A stretch of 64,000 bases of DNA, taken from contig CAWHEP010000002.1 of the NCBI GenBank assembly GCA_963828525.1, positions 160,001 through 224,000 on the forward strand, in the 5' to 3' direction. Shown in pieces: positions 9,886 through 20,247 of the stretch. Numbering within the stretch: position 1 is the first letter of the stretch; every line of letters starts with the position of its first letter. Under the pieces are notes generated by a model. That model made no database searches. It was not told where the DNA came from and worked only from the letters and a program-made list of their open reading frames with translations. The position numbers and the translations under genes were made by a program. This stretch comes from an uncultured Verrucomicrobiae bacterium. GTDB taxonomy: Bacteria > Verrucomicrobiota > Verrucomicrobiia > Chthoniobacterales > Chthoniobacteraceae.

Positions 9886-10740
9886 TTACCGATCCAAATC
9901 CACCTCCCGCCTCGCGTCAGGGTTCGCGGCATAGTATTCAGCGATCTCCTTTCCGCGCGCGAACCAGACGTTGCCAAGCGCGCGCATATCGCGGATCAGC
10001 CGCTCCAAAAGGCGGACGCGGGACGGACGCCCCATCAGCCACGGATGCATCGTCAGCACAAAGCACCCGCCGAAGTGACGCATCGCTTCGAACTCCTGCC
10101 ACCAGAGGTCATAGACCTTCGCGCAGTTCTCGGGGATCACTCCCCACGCGGGGTCGGCGTTGAAGGCGAATTGCTCCCAATCCTCCAGCATCCACTGGCA
10201 GGGAATCTCCACGATACCGGTATCCAGCATGTAGGGCACCTCATCTCCCATGAGGCTCGAATCATAAAGAAAGCCATGCTCCGCCAGCATCGCCGGAGTG
10301 CGGCGGTTGAGTTCGAACCACGGCGCGCGATAGCCAAGCGGACGCCGTCCCGCAAGGCTCTCCAGGATGTCGAGACTCTTGCGCAGCACCTCGCGCTCCT
10401 GCTCCTCCTCCATGCCCGGCAAACGCTCGTGCAGATAGCCATGCGCGCCGATCTCATGTCCGCCAGCGGCGATCGCGCGCGTCATCTTTGGATGATGCTC
10501 GGCAATATAGGACGGCACGAAAAACGTCGCCGGGACTCCGAGAAACGCCAGCAGTTCCAACAGGCGCGGGACACCCACTTTCGGCCCGTACTCGCATTGA
10601 GACATCGTGGTTAGCCGTTCGGATAACCCCGGGTTCTCCGACAGGGCGGTTGTCTCCCCATCCACATCAAAACAAAGCATGACGGCGCAGGAGGCATTGT
10701 CTGGCCACTTGAATCGCGGAATGGGTGAAAATGTTTTCAT
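9886..10740 (-). CDS. Polysaccharide deacetylase family (CE4; PuuE/HpPgdA-like) amidohydrolase
   Basis: FDVD, YGPKVGVPRLL, ATFFVP, HEIGAHGYLHE, GYRAPW, YDSS and LTMHPW..GRPSR motifs; no signal peptide; ATG overlaps the upstream stop. Confidence 0.9.
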   Translation of the reverse strand: MKTFSPIPRFKWPDNASCAVMLCFDVDGETTALSENPGLSERLTTMSQCEYGPKVGVPRLLELLAFLGVPATFFVPSYIAEHHPKMTRAIAAGGHEIGAHGYLHERLPGMEEEQEREVLRKSLDILESLAGRRPLGYRAPWFELNRRTPAMLAEHGFLYDSSLMGDEVPYMLDTGIVEIPCQWMLEDWEQFAFNADPAWGVIPENCAKVYDLWWQEFEAMRHFGGCFVLTMHPWLMGRPSRVRLLERLIRDMRALGNVWFARGKEIAEYYAANPDARREVDLDR

Positions 10741-11579
10741 GATTGCTTCCTGTTTGCGAAACGCTGCCTTTGCCTTGCCGCCATCCAGCAGTTGATCTGC
10801 CAGAGATCCGCGACCGGTAGATTCGAATGGGGCGCGTGATGCAGGTAACCGTCCGGCCCAAACTCGGGAGTCATCGTGGAGGTTGTGAATCCTCGCGCCT
10901 GCTGCCGGCTCCAGATTTCGCTCCACCAGCGCTCGTGGCTTTGAAGTTCATGCGCATACTCCGGAGCCGACGGGTCCGGAACCTGGGGCCCTTGCGCGTA
11001 CCCCACCCGGGCATGGACGTGATGCGCGCGTTCAAAACACAAGGTCATGATATCCGGCTCTGTATCCGGCAGCCGCTCACACACGACGCACCAATGGCTG
11101 AAGTCGCACGTCAGCTTCAAACCGGGAAGCTCCCTTAGCAGCTCGGCGGTGATCCACGGGGTAAAGGTCGAACGGCTCCTGTGCGTTTCGACGGAGATCG
11201 GGACGCCATACTGTTCGCCCAACTCCAGCGCTTCCTCGAAAAACGCAAGCTGCTGCTTCAGCGGCCAAGCGTCGCAACCGGCGATCGTCGTGATGAACAG
11301 CGGCCTCATCTCCAACGCCCGTTCAACGCCCATGCGAAGGCAGTCCAGATGATCGCTCCGGGACGCTTCCCGGCGAGGCACGTATCCTCCTGCCGTGAAC
11401 ACTTCGGCGATGAAAGCGAGGCCGCTTTCCTTCAGCCTGTCCGCGAACTCCAGCCGCTCGCAGGCGTCCTCCGGCGCGCTTGCTTCAATACCATCAAAGC
11501 CCGCGCCAATCGCCTGCGCAACGGCATCCGCGAGGCTCCCGACGTGACCCCAGAGCGGTTTGAAGAGCTTCAATTCCAT
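10737..11579 (-). CDS. Sugar phosphate isomerase/epimerase (xylose-isomerase-like TIM barrel)
   Basis: GFDGIE, ETHRSR, DFSHWCVVCERL, HVHARVG..QGPQVPDP and TPEFGPDGY motifs. Confidence 0.85.
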   Translation of the reverse strand: MELKLFKPLWGHVGSLADAVAQAIGAGFDGIEASAPEDACERLEFADRLKESGLAFIAEVFTAGGYVPRREASRSDHLDCLRMGVERALEMRPLFITTIAGCDAWPLKQQLAFFEEALELGEQYGVPISVETHRSRSTFTPWITAELLRELPGLKLTCDFSHWCVVCERLPDTEPDIMTLCFERAHHVHARVGYAQGPQVPDPSAPEYAHELQSHERWWSEIWSRQQARGFTTSTMTPEFGPDGYLHHAPHSNLPVADLWQINCWMAARQRQRFANRKQS

Positions 11580-11581
11580 GG

Positions 11582-12292
11582 TTAAAGGTCGGCAGCGACC
11601 CGGAATCCGAGATTGTCCAGACGCGAATCCGTCCAGTGCCAGTCCCGGCTCGCGCTGCGGAGCAGGCGCGGGAGATGATCCCATGCTCCACCCCGAACCA
11701 CCCTGCGTTCCGGATCATCCGCGCGCCACGCGGAGCCGTCGCGCGGCGCGTCTGAGTAATCCGGGCGCCAGGCGTCAGCAACCCATTCGCTGACGTTGCC
11801 CGCCATGTCGTACAGCCCAAACGCGTTCGCCGGAAAGGACCCGACCGGCAACACCCTCCCGGCTCCCACTTTCGCGCCCTGTTCAGAGTAAAGGTAATTG
11901 GCGTCCGCGGGCGTGATGGTAGACCCCGAGGGGAAGATGCTTTCCGACCCCGCGCGGCAGGCGTATTCCCATTCCGCTTCCGTGGCCAGGCGGCAGCGAT
12001 ACCCCGTCTGAACCGAGAGCCAACCCGTGTAATCTACTGCGTCCTGCCAGCTCACGCGCGCGACAGGCAGCGCGGGATCCGCCGCTGGGCTGCCGCCCCG
12101 AAAAGCCTGCCACTCTCCCGCGCTCACGGGACACCTTCCCAAAGCGAAGGGACGGGCGAACAACACTTCATGGCGGGGAAATTCGCTGGCATCGGCAAAC
12201 TTGTCCTCTTCGCTGCCTCCCATCAGAAACCTTCCGGCAGGGAGCACAACCATGCCGGGCGGGCATGGGTCGGCGGGCAGGAAAATATTCAA
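11582..12292 (-). CDS. Formylglycine-generating enzyme (SUMF1/FGE-sulfatase) domain protein
   Basis: G.FLMGG, PV..VSWQDA, RLATEAEWEYACRAG, NAFGLYDMAGNVSEW, VRGGAW and GFRV motifs; TTG start overlaps the Rieske stop. Confidence 0.88.
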   Translation of the reverse strand: MNIFLPADPCPPGMVVLPAGRFLMGGSEEDKFADASEFPRHEVLFARPFALGRCPVSAGEWQAFRGGSPAADPALPVARVSWQDAVDYTGWLSVQTGYRCRLATEAEWEYACRAGSESIFPSGSTITPADANYLYSEQGAKVGAGRVLPVGSFPANAFGLYDMAGNVSEWVADAWRPDYSDAPRDGSAWRADDPERRVVRGGAWDHLPRLLRSASRDWHWTDSRLDNLGFRVAADL

Positions 12293-13614
12293 CGCTGGCC
12301 GGGCGCGGCAGGGCTGTCCACACCGGCCTGGGTGCCCCGGATGCGGTTCGCGATGTAGCGGTGTATCAGCCACACAGGCATCTCAAGGTGACTCAGCCGG
12401 CCGGGCTTCCACGCGGATGAATGCAGACCGCGCTGCACCGCTGTGCAGACCTCCATATCTTCCAGGTGGAATGTGAAGAGGCTTTCCGTTGCGCTTGCCC
12501 GCAGCGTTTCGAAATCTTTCCGCGCTGGCACGTCAGGAGCCACGAGCGTGGTCGTGAGTAACTTGAGCTTGGCCGGCCCCAGCGGCTGAAGCCGGTACCA
12601 GATAATGCTATCCGGCGTGGACGCGAGCAGAAAGGAAGGCGGTATGAAAAAGAGCCCCCATTCCCCTTTCTCCGCTTCGGTCAGTCCAGCGATGGTCGGA
12701 AAGCCCGTCGAGCACTCCCCCTTCTCTTCTGCCGCGCGCAGCTCCTCCCGGATGGAGGGCTTGTAAGGAAGATGCGCCCGTACGTACCCGGGCCGCTCCT
12801 GTTCCGTCCATGTATCGCGCGCCGGCATCATGGGTTGGAGCGTCGTTGAATGGATGCCGACGTGATGGTAGCTCTCCATGAAGTTCTCCACGAGAACCTT
12901 CCAGTTGAACTCGCAATCCCATTCTTTTTGGATGACGAGCTTCATCTCGCTCATCTTCCATCCGGCAAGATCCGTCTTCATCTCCGCCAAACCCCCCGCG
13001 AGCGGCTCCGCTCTCCCGTCCAGATTCACGAAAACAAATCCCTCCCAAATCTCCGTCTTGAAAGTGGACAGAAAAAAATCGTCGCGCGCGAAACCGTCCG
13101 CCTTGTGCATCTCGGGACACGCCTTCAGCCGGCCGTCGAGATCAAAGGTCCACGCGTGATAGGGGCACAGAAAGAGGCGGGCATGGCCGCAGTCTGGCTC
13201 GCCCGGCTTCGCGTCCCCAATGCCGTGCCCCTCGTAGCCAAATCCCTCTGGCATGATATCCATCGATCTGTGCGGACAAACTCGGGACAGCGCCCTCACC
13301 GCGCCATCCTTGCCGCGGACTACTATCAGGGGTTCCCCGAGCAGATCGAGATTCAGAAAGTCACCCGCCTCCGGGATTTGCGATTCGTGCGCCACGCACT
13401 GCCATCCGCCACGCAGGAGGTGATCGGCTTCCCATGCAAAGAACTCCTTGCTCGTGTAAGCCCGCGCGGGCAGCGTCGTCGCGCGGCTGAGAGGCAACGC
13501 CGCCGCTTCGCAGATCGCGCGCTGGATTTCACCCACAGCAGCCAGCGAGTCCAGGGGCCAGGAAGACTCCCCGGTCGCGGTACTTTGCTCCCTCTCCAGC
13601 ATCCCGGTCGTCAT
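12289..13614 (-). CDS. Rieske non-heme iron oxygenase alpha subunit (choline monooxygenase/N-demethylase-like)
   Basis: CPH...CPYH Rieske ligands; NWKVLVENFMESYHHVGIH and ED..VC..VQRG mononuclear iron motifs. Confidence 0.9.
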   Translation of the reverse strand: MTTGMLEREQSTATGESSWPLDSLAAVGEIQRAICEAAALPLSRATTLPARAYTSKEFFAWEADHLLRGGWQCVAHESQIPEAGDFLNLDLLGEPLIVVRGKDGAVRALSRVCPHRSMDIMPEGFGYEGHGIGDAKPGEPDCGHARLFLCPYHAWTFDLDGRLKACPEMHKADGFARDDFFLSTFKTEIWEGFVFVNLDGRAEPLAGGLAEMKTDLAGWKMSEMKLVIQKEWDCEFNWKVLVENFMESYHHVGIHSTTLQPMMPARDTWTEQERPGYVRAHLPYKPSIREELRAAEEKGECSTGFPTIAGLTEAEKGEWGLFFIPPSFLLASTPDSIIWYRLQPLGPAKLKLLTTTLVAPDVPARKDFETLRASATESLFTFHLEDMEVCTAVQRGLHSSAWKPGRLSHLEMPVWLIHRYIANRIRGTQAGVDSPAAPGQR

Positions 13615-13630
13615 GATTCTCCCATCCGTT

Positions 13631-14533
13631 TCATTCCACTTCATCCCCGGCATCTGTCAGTTTGATGAGCGGCAGTTTCTCTTCTTCTTCACCATCCATG
13701 TGGGGATGGATCACGTCTTCGAGCCGCTTTTTCAGCGCAAGAAACGCGGGTGAGATGAACTGCGCCGGGCTGCGGGGACGCGGCACAGGATTCTCGATGA
13801 ACTCGATCACCCTCCCGGGATTTGAGCCCATCACAAGGATGCGATCCGCAAGGTAGCACGCCTCGTCGAGATCATGGGTGATGAAAAGGATGGTGACATC
13901 CACCTTCTTCCATATTTGCAACAAATAGGACTGCATCTGCGCGCGCGTTTGGGCGTCCAACGCGCCAAATGGCTCATCCATGATGAGGATGCGCGGTTCA
14001 TTGGCGAGAGCCCGCGCGATTGCCACGCGCTGTTTCATGCCGCCGGAAAGCTCGTGGGGATAGGACTCTTCGAACTTTGAAAGACCCACCATGTCCAGCC
14101 ACTGGCGGGCCTCCGCTTCGGCGCTGGAATGCGACTTGCCGACCATCTGCAAGCCAAACATGACGTTGCGCTTCACGGTGAGCCACGGGAACAAGGTGTA
14201 ACCCTGGAACACCATCCCTCGATCCGGGCCTGGGCCGCAGACTTCATTCCCGTCCAGCAGCACTTCCCCGTCGGTTGCTTCATCCAACCCCGCGACAATC
14301 CGGATCAGTGTGGATTTTCCGCAACCCGACGGCCCGATGACGGTGATGAGCTCGCGACGATGTATATCGATGGACACGCCATCCAGCGCGATGTGCGCCG
14401 AGCCATTCTGTCCAAACGACTTTGTCAGGTTGCGCACACTGAGGATGACGGGACGCGCCTTGATCTTCTGAAAACGCGCGGCAACCTCTGGCGCGTGTTC
14501 GCGGTAGTCGGGTAATGCAAGTTCACTTGTCAT
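13631..14533 (-). CDS. NitT/TauT-type ABC transporter ATP-binding protein
   Basis: GPSGCGKS, LSGGMKQR, MDEPFGALDAQTR and THD motifs. Confidence 0.93.
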   Translation of the reverse strand: MTSELALPDYREHAPEVAARFQKIKARPVILSVRNLTKSFGQNGSAHIALDGVSIDIHRRELITVIGPSGCGKSTLIRIVAGLDEATDGEVLLDGNEVCGPGPDRGMVFQGYTLFPWLTVKRNVMFGLQMVGKSHSSAEAEARQWLDMVGLSKFEESYPHELSGGMKQRVAIARALANEPRILIMDEPFGALDAQTRAQMQSYLLQIWKKVDVTILFITHDLDEACYLADRILVMGSNPGRVIEFIENPVPRPRSPAQFISPAFLALKKRLEDVIHPHMDGEEEEKLPLIKLTDAGDEVE

Positions 14534-14552
14534 ATCAGCCCCTTGGTTGTTG

Positions 14553-15599
14553 CTAAGCCTCCGCTACCATGGCCCCTGCCTTTGGTTCAAACGCTGGCAG
14601 CCGAGCCAATTTCTTCGCTTTGTCCCTTGTTTTGCGTTTCCACGGGAATAGCAAATTCCCAAGCATCGCCAGCATGAAGTCTGTGGAGAATCCTATGATC
14701 CCGATCATTGCGATCGCGGCGTACACGTTCGGGAAGTTCCGGTAGCGAGCCTGTTGATTGATGAAATACGTTATGCCCGACATGGTGCCGACAACCTCCG
14801 CGACGATGAGGTACGTCCACGCCCAGCCGAGCAAGATGCGCATATCAAGATAGATATCGGTGATGGATGCCGGGATGATGACTCGCCGGACGAGCTGCCA
14901 GCCGCGCGACCCAAGCGTTTGTGCCGCTTCGATGAGGGCCGGATCCACTTTGCGCACCGTGTTGCCGATCACCAGCACTTGCTGGAAAAACGTGCCTATG
15001 AAGATGATGGCGATCTTCGGCCCGTCATCGATGCCAAGTATGGCTACACACAGCGCCCCGAACGCGGGCGCCGGGAGGTAGCGAAAGAACTCGATGAATG
15101 GCTCCTGCAACTTGGAGAAAAACCGGTAGGAACCGCACAAGATCCCGAGTGGCACTCCAAAGAGGGAGGAGATGAAGAAACTCCAGAAGATGGTGCTGAT
15201 GCTGTGCCCGAGACTCTGGTGAAGCCATGGCTCGTTCGGCAGGCGCGGCGGAGTTTTGAAGGCCGTATAGAACGCCTGCGCCACCGTGTGCGGCGCCGGT
15301 AAATAAACCGGGTTTACCCGGTAGCCCTCAGCCGGCGTCTGCTTCTGCGCCAGCGCCTTTTTGTTCTCGCTGTCGAAATCCTCCCGGGGAATCTCCATCC
15401 CCTCGGAAAAGTAATCGATATCGCCCACCGACGTAATGCGGACGAGCGGATGCCATACAAACGGGACGTAGCTGACAAGGCACCAAAGCGCCAGTGGCAG
15501 CGCAAAGGAAAGTATGGTCAGGTAGAGCTGCCGCCGGGGCGGCAGCTCTTTCTTGAGTCCTAACCAATCACGCTGTGGAGTCAGTTCGCGATTAGCCAT
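14553..15599 (-). CDS. NitT/TauT-type ABC transporter permease
   Basis: RYLPAPAFGAL, EAAQTLG loop and GWAWTYLIVAE; several hydrophobic segments. Confidence 0.92.
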   Translation of the reverse strand: MANRELTPQRDWLGLKKELPPRRQLYLTILSFALPLALWCLVSYVPFVWHPLVRITSVGDIDYFSEGMEIPREDFDSENKKALAQKQTPAEGYRVNPVYLPAPHTVAQAFYTAFKTPPRLPNEPWLHQSLGHSISTIFWSFFISSLFGVPLGILCGSYRFFSKLQEPFIEFFRYLPAPAFGALCVAILGIDDGPKIAIIFIGTFFQQVLVIGNTVRKVDPALIEAAQTLGSRGWQLVRRVIIPASITDIYLDMRILLGWAWTYLIVAEVVGTMSGITYFINQQARYRNFPNVYAAIAMIGIIGFSTDFMLAMLGNLLFPWKRKTRDKAKKLARLPAFEPKAGAMVAEA

Positions 15600-15643
15600 A
15601 TTGTTAGCCCTTGTTAGCCCTTGTTTGTTGAACTTAAGCCAAG

Positions 15644-16615
15644 CTATAGCCCTTTCACGATGCTCGGAGCGACGTAGTCCTTCGCTTCCTGCGAATCTTT
15701 ATACACCTTGTTATCCAGGTTGAATTTATTCCCTACCGCGATCGATCCGTAGATGGAATCAAGCCCCGTTCCCTTCTTCATCGCCACCTTCGTCTCTGCC
15801 AGCGTCAGGAAATGAGTTCCCGGGATGTTCTTGGCATACTCCGCCGCGTCCGTGTTCACCTTCGCCGCCATGATCTTCACCGCGTCATCCATCGTCTTCG
15901 GGTCTTTCAGGTAATCCACACACTTGTAGTAGATCTTCGTGACCTTGGTCCAATCGTCCTTGTGCTTCGCAAGGCTAGTCGGACTCACTTCCAGCACATC
16001 GTAGATCAAGCCCTTTGCTTGCGCGCTGGTGAATAGCTTCGTCGATCCCGCCACCTGCTTCAAAGCCTGGCCGGAAATCGGATACCATGCGCCAACCGCC
16101 GCGACCTGGCCCGAACCGAGTGTCTGCGGAGTGTTGTTCGTCGGTGTCGGCACCAGCGTGACATCACTCTGGGAAAGACCGTTTTCCTTGAGCGCCTGCA
16201 AGAGCAGCAAGTGCTCCACCAAACCGATCTCAACGCCTACTTTCTGCCCCTTCAGATCCTTGATCGACTCCACCCCCTTCTTGCCGATGATCATGTCGCT
16301 GCCTTCACTGAAGTCCAGCAGCGCGATGAATTTGCCTTTCGCCCCGGTGGCGCCTGCCCCGAGAGCGTCCGTTGCCACGATGCAGTCGGCATCGATCTTC
16401 CCAGCCGAATAGGCGTCAATCGAGGCGAGGTAGTCAAACCATACAAGGTCAACATCCAGACCCGCTTCCTTGAACCAGCCTTTCTGCTTGGCAACTTCCA
16501 GCACCGTGTAGCCCGGCCAGTCCGAGTACCCGATTTTTAGCGTGTCAGCGAGCGCCGAGGAGCCAGCCATCAATAATCCCGCGCAGGCGAGAGTGAACAA
16601 TCTATTTATTTTCAT
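15644..16615 (-). CDS. ABC transporter substrate-binding protein (NMT1/SsuA-like)
   Basis: Signal peptide; LKIGYSDWPG, D.S.G.D, GVEIGLVEHLLL and GLIYD motifs. Confidence 0.9.
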   Translation of the reverse strand: MKINRLFTLACAGLLMAGSSALADTLKIGYSDWPGYTVLEVAKQKGWFKEAGLDVDLVWFDYLASIDAYSAGKIDADCIVATDALGAGATGAKGKFIALLDFSEGSDMIIGKKGVESIKDLKGQKVGVEIGLVEHLLLLQALKENGLSQSDVTLVPTPTNNTPQTLGSGQVAAVGAWYPISGQALKQVAGSTKLFTSAQAKGLIYDVLEVSPTSLAKHKDDWTKVTKIYYKCVDYLKDPKTMDDAVKIMAAKVNTDAAEYAKNIPGTHFLTLAETKVAMKKGTGLDSIYGSIAVGNKFNLDNKVYKDSQEAKDYVAPSIVKGL

Positions 16616-16648
16616 TTGGTTTTTTCTTTTTAACTGCATTACGGGGAT

Positions 16649-18010
16649 TCAAAAAAGTCGCGCGTATCGGTCGATCTCCCACTGGCTCACCGACTGGTGG
16701 TATTCCTCCCACTCAGCCCGCTTGTAGGTGATGAATTCCTGCTTCAGGCCAGCTCCCAGCACGGTTGTGGTGAAAGGGTCGGCTTCGAAAGCATCCACTG
16801 CCTCGCCCAGTGTCCGGGGTAACTGCTCGATGCCTTTCGCGCGCAGTTCAGCGTCCGTGTAGTCATACAGGTTCTCGTTGCGCGCCTCGCCGGGATCGAG
16901 GCGCTCACGCACGCCCTCCAGCCCAGCGGCGAGGATGAGCGCCGCGGCAAGATAGGGGTTGCAGGAGGAATCGGCGTTCCGCGCTTCGCAACGGCCGCCG
17001 CCCATGGGCACGCGCATCGAATTCGTCCGATTGTTCGTCCCGAAGGAGTTGAATATGGGGGCCCATGAGTAGTAGCTCATCGCGCCGCGCCTGATCAGGC
17101 GCTTATAGCTATTCACAGTGGGGGCCAGCGCCGCGCACAGCGCGCGCCCGTGCTTGAGAATCCCGGCTATGAAAGAATAGCCAACCTCGGTAAGCCCGAG
17201 CCCGCGCGTGTCCTCACCGGGCTTTGCCGCGAACAAGTTCCCGCCAGCACTCGCATCCCTTAGGGACATGTTGAAATGCGCCCCGTTTCCTGTGCGATCC
17301 GCGAACGGCTTCGGCATGAACGTGGCGAGCAAACCATGATCGGCCGCGATCTTCTTCGCCATGAATCGGAAAAACACATACCGGTCCGCCATCGTCAGGG
17401 CGTCGGCAAATTTGAAATCAAATTCGAACTGCGAGTTGCCGTCCTCGTGATCGAACGAATACACGTCCCAGCCGAGCCCATCCATTGTGCTCACCATGTC
17501 GTCGAGAAACGGGAAAGCATCCAGGAAGCGCTTTATATCATAGCAACTCTTTACAAGATTGTCGTCCGGATTGGGAACCTGGAACCGCCCGAGTTCATCC
17601 TGCTTCAGGACATACAGTTCGCACTCGATCCCGAGATTGAAGCCGAAGCCCATCTCCGCGGCCTGCGCGAGAATCTTCTTCAGAAGAACCCGTGTGCTGA
17701 ATTCATACGGCTCGCCTTTGAAATAGTTGTCAGCCGGCATCCACGCGATCTCCTTTTGCCAGGGTAGCTGAATAGCCTGTCCGATATCCGGCATGGAACA
17801 AATCTCATCGTCGTTCGGAGCCTGCCCCAGGCCATCCAGCGCGTAGCCAGTATAAAGTTCCGAGCCACCCGCAAAGTCTGCAAAGTGCGATATTGGAACG
17901 CATTTCCCCTTCGGAACTCCGTGGATGTCCACATAAGCCCCGAGGCAATACTTTACACCGAGACCGATCAGCCTTTCATGCGCCGCCTCGATGTCTTCCC
18001 CGTTCTTCAA
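16649..18010 (-). CDS. glnT: GlnT-type glutamine synthetase-like ligase (gamma-glutamylmethylamide synthetase-like)
   Basis: [45 protein letters not shown]...NNRT and NPYLA motifs; TTG start overlaps the upstream stop. Confidence 0.85.
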   Translation of the reverse strand: MKNGEDIEAAHERLIGLGVKYCLGAYVDIHGVPKGKCVPISHFADFAGGSELYTGYALDGLGQAPNDDEICSMPDIGQAIQLPWQKEIAWMPADNYFKGEPYEFSTRVLLKKILAQAAEMGFGFNLGIECELYVLKQDELGRFQVPNPDDNLVKSCYDIKRFLDAFPFLDDMVSTMDGLGWDVYSFDHEDGNSQFEFDFKFADALTMADRYVFFRFMAKKIAADHGLLATFMPKPFADRTGNGAHFNMSLRDASAGGNLFAAKPGEDTRGLGLTEVGYSFIAGILKHGRALCAALAPTVNSYKRLIRRGAMSYYSWAPIFNSFGTNNRTNSMRVPMGGGRCEARNADSSCNPYLAAALILAAGLEGVRERLDPGEARNENLYDYTDAELRAKGIEQLPRTLGEAVDAFEADPFTTTVLGAGLKQEFITYKRAEWEEYHQSVSQWEIDRYARLF

Positions 18011-18798
18011 GCGAACACCCCTCCAGATTGCGACTCGGCAAGCGGTGGTTCCTCCAACAGCCCGGCGCGCACTTGCTTCACCAAGTCTTCCACCATCCAG
18101 CCAAACAATCGTTCGCCGTTCTCCCTGCTCGCCTGGCTCGGAAATCCCGTCACGCCGTTCTTGCTTGTGCGGTTTACGGGATGCGCGAACACAGATCCTG
18201 TCGTCCGATCTTCGTCATCACTGATCGCGATCTTATCTGAACGCGTCATCGATTCATCCCGCGCCAGCATCAGGGACGTCTCGGCGGCATTCGCATGCCA
18301 GTCCGTGGCGTCAGCGAAAAACTCGTCATGAACGCGCGCGCTGATTTCGCTCACCCCTCGAATCGCCACCATGGCATTTGCGTAACGGTTGCGAATAATT
18401 TCCAGGGCGCAACGAAGCGGAGCAAAATTGCTGACATGGCCGCTGATCACCATCAGCCGTCTGAAGCCAGCTGCGTATAGCCATTCAAAAACCTGCACGA
18501 CCAGGTCGCTCAAGGTGCCCGGCTGCACTGAGAGCGTGCCAGGCCAGCGATGGGAATGACCAAGCGAGCAGCCATAGGAGATTACCGGCAGCACAGGCAC
18601 CCCTGTCCGCGCCGATACGGCGTGGGAAAGCTGCGACGCTATGGCGGAATCCATGCCAGTCGCGAGATGCGGACCGTGCTGTTCCGTCGCGCCGACCGGC
18701 AGCAGAGCCATCGTCATTCCCGAAGCCGAGAGACTTCCGATCTCCTCCCATGTGAGACGCTCCCATAAAACAGGGGCAGGGTTGCCGTCTTGCGTCAT
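18007..18798 (-). CDS. Creatininase-family cyclic amidohydrolase
   Basis: [26 protein letters not shown] and HA.AAETS motifs. Confidence 0.9.
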   Translation of the reverse strand: MTQDGNPAPVLWERLTWEEIGSLSASGMTMALLPVGATEQHGPHLATGMDSAIASQLSHAVSARTGVPVLPVISYGCSLGHSHRWPGTLSVQPGTLSDLVVQVFEWLYAAGFRRLMVISGHVSNFAPLRCALEIIRNRYANAMVAIRGVSEISARVHDEFFADATDWHANAAETSLMLARDESMTRSDKIAISDDEDRTTGSVFAHPVNRTSKNGVTGFPSQASRENGERLFGWMVEDLVKQVRAGLLEEPPLAESQSGGVFA

Positions 18799-19484
18799 AC
18801 GGTCAGATGCTTGCGAACGACTTCCCCCGTTAGCTCAGCAATGGCTCCTTTCGCTACCACCGCTCCGCGATCCATGATGTAGAAGCGGTCACCAAGCGCC
18901 TGCGCGAAATCGAGATACTGCTCCACGAGCAATATGCTCATTTCTTTCTTCAACTTCTCGATCGTGACCCCGATCTGATCGATGATGGAGGGCTGGATGC
19001 CTTCCGTCGGCTCGTCAAGAATGAGAATCTTGGGCTGGGTTAGCAACGCCCGCCCGATTGCCAGTTGTTGCTGCTGCCCACCGCTGAGAACACCGCCCTT
19101 GCGATCCAGCATTTCCTTCAAGACCGGGAACAGTTCAAACACCCGGTCAAATTGCCCGTTCGGTTTATGCCCGCACGCGATCTGTCCGATCTTCAGATTC
19201 TCCATCACCGTGAGATGAGGAAAGATGTCGCGCCCTTGCGGCACGTAACCGATGCCTTTGCGGGCTCGCTTGTCGGAACTCGCGCCGGTAACATCCTCCC
19301 CATCCAGCGCGATTTTTCCCGCCGCGAGCTTCACGAGGCCCATGATGCTTTTTAACGTCGTCGTCTTGCCGACTCCGTTGCGTCCCATGAGGCATACGAC
19401 CTCGCGGTCGGGCACTTCCAGGTTCACACCCCTCAGGATGCGTGAACCGCTATAATAAACCTCCACGTCACTTACGCCAAGCAT
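18795..19484 (-). CDS. urtE: Urea ABC transporter ATP-binding subunit
   Basis: MGRNGVGKTT, YVPQGRDIFP, LSGGQQQQLAIGRAL and DEPTEGIQPSII motifs. Confidence 0.93.
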   Translation of the reverse strand: MLGVSDVEVYYSGSRILRGVNLEVPDREVVCLMGRNGVGKTTTLKSIMGLVKLAAGKIALDGEDVTGASSDKRARKGIGYVPQGRDIFPHLTVMENLKIGQIACGHKPNGQFDRVFELFPVLKEMLDRKGGVLSGGQQQQLAIGRALLTQPKILILDEPTEGIQPSIIDQIGVTIEKLKKEMSILLVEQYLDFAQALGDRFYIMDRGAVVAKGAIAELTGEVVRKHLTV

Positions 19485-19485
19485 A

Positions 19486-20247
19486 TCAATTCTTTGAGTG
19501 TTTGCTGCGTCCCAGGTAAACTTCGATGACCTTTTCGTTGCTCTGCACTTCATCCACCGTGCCTTCACAGAGCACCGTGCCTTGATGCAGGACGGTCACC
19601 TTGGTTGCGATCTGCCGCACGAACGTCATGTCATGTTCGATCACTATGATGCTATGGTGCCCGGCGAGACTCAGCAGCAACTCGCCGGTCCGCGCCGTCT
19701 CTTCGTCCGTCATCCCCGCGGCGGGTTCATCCACCAGGAGGAGTTTTGCGTTCTGGGCGAGGAGCATCCCGATCTCGAGCCATTGCTTTTGCCCATGCGC
19801 GAGGAATCCAGCCTTCGCGTGCGCCTTTTCGGAGAGATTGATGATCTTCAGGATGTCATAGATGCGCTCACGCTGCGCGGGCGTTACTCGCGCGAACAAG
19901 GTGCTGAACACATCCCGCTTCCCTTCCAGCGACAGCACCAGATTTTCGAAAACGGTGTGGTCTATATAAACCGTGGGCGTCTGAAATTTCCGTCCCACGC
20001 CGAGCCGGTAAATCTGATACTCATTCAGGCCCGTCAGCTCCGTGCGTTCCTCGAACCGGATCGTGCCCGTATCAGGTTTTGAACGCCCGGTTATCAGATC
20101 GAGGAAGGTTGTTTTCCCAGCGCCATTCGGGCCGATGACCGTGCGCAGTTCGCCCCGATCCATATAGAAGTTCAACTCCGAGATCGCTTTGAATCCCTGG
20201 AACGTTTTGTTTACCCCTTCAGCCGCCAGGATGAACTCTTTCTTCAT
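19486..20247 (-). CDS. urtD: Urea ABC transporter ATP-binding subunit
   Basis: [27 protein letters not shown] and VIEVYLG motifs. Confidence 0.93.
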   Translation of the reverse strand: MKKEFILAAEGVNKTFQGFKAISELNFYMDRGELRTVIGPNGAGKTTFLDLITGRSKPDTGTIRFEERTELTGLNEYQIYRLGVGRKFQTPTVYIDHTVFENLVLSLEGKRDVFSTLFARVTPAQRERIYDILKIINLSEKAHAKAGFLAHGQKQWLEIGMLLAQNAKLLLVDEPAAGMTDEETARTGELLLSLAGHHSIIVIEHDMTFVRQIATKVTVLHQGTVLCEGTVDEVQSNEKVIEVYLGRSKHSKN

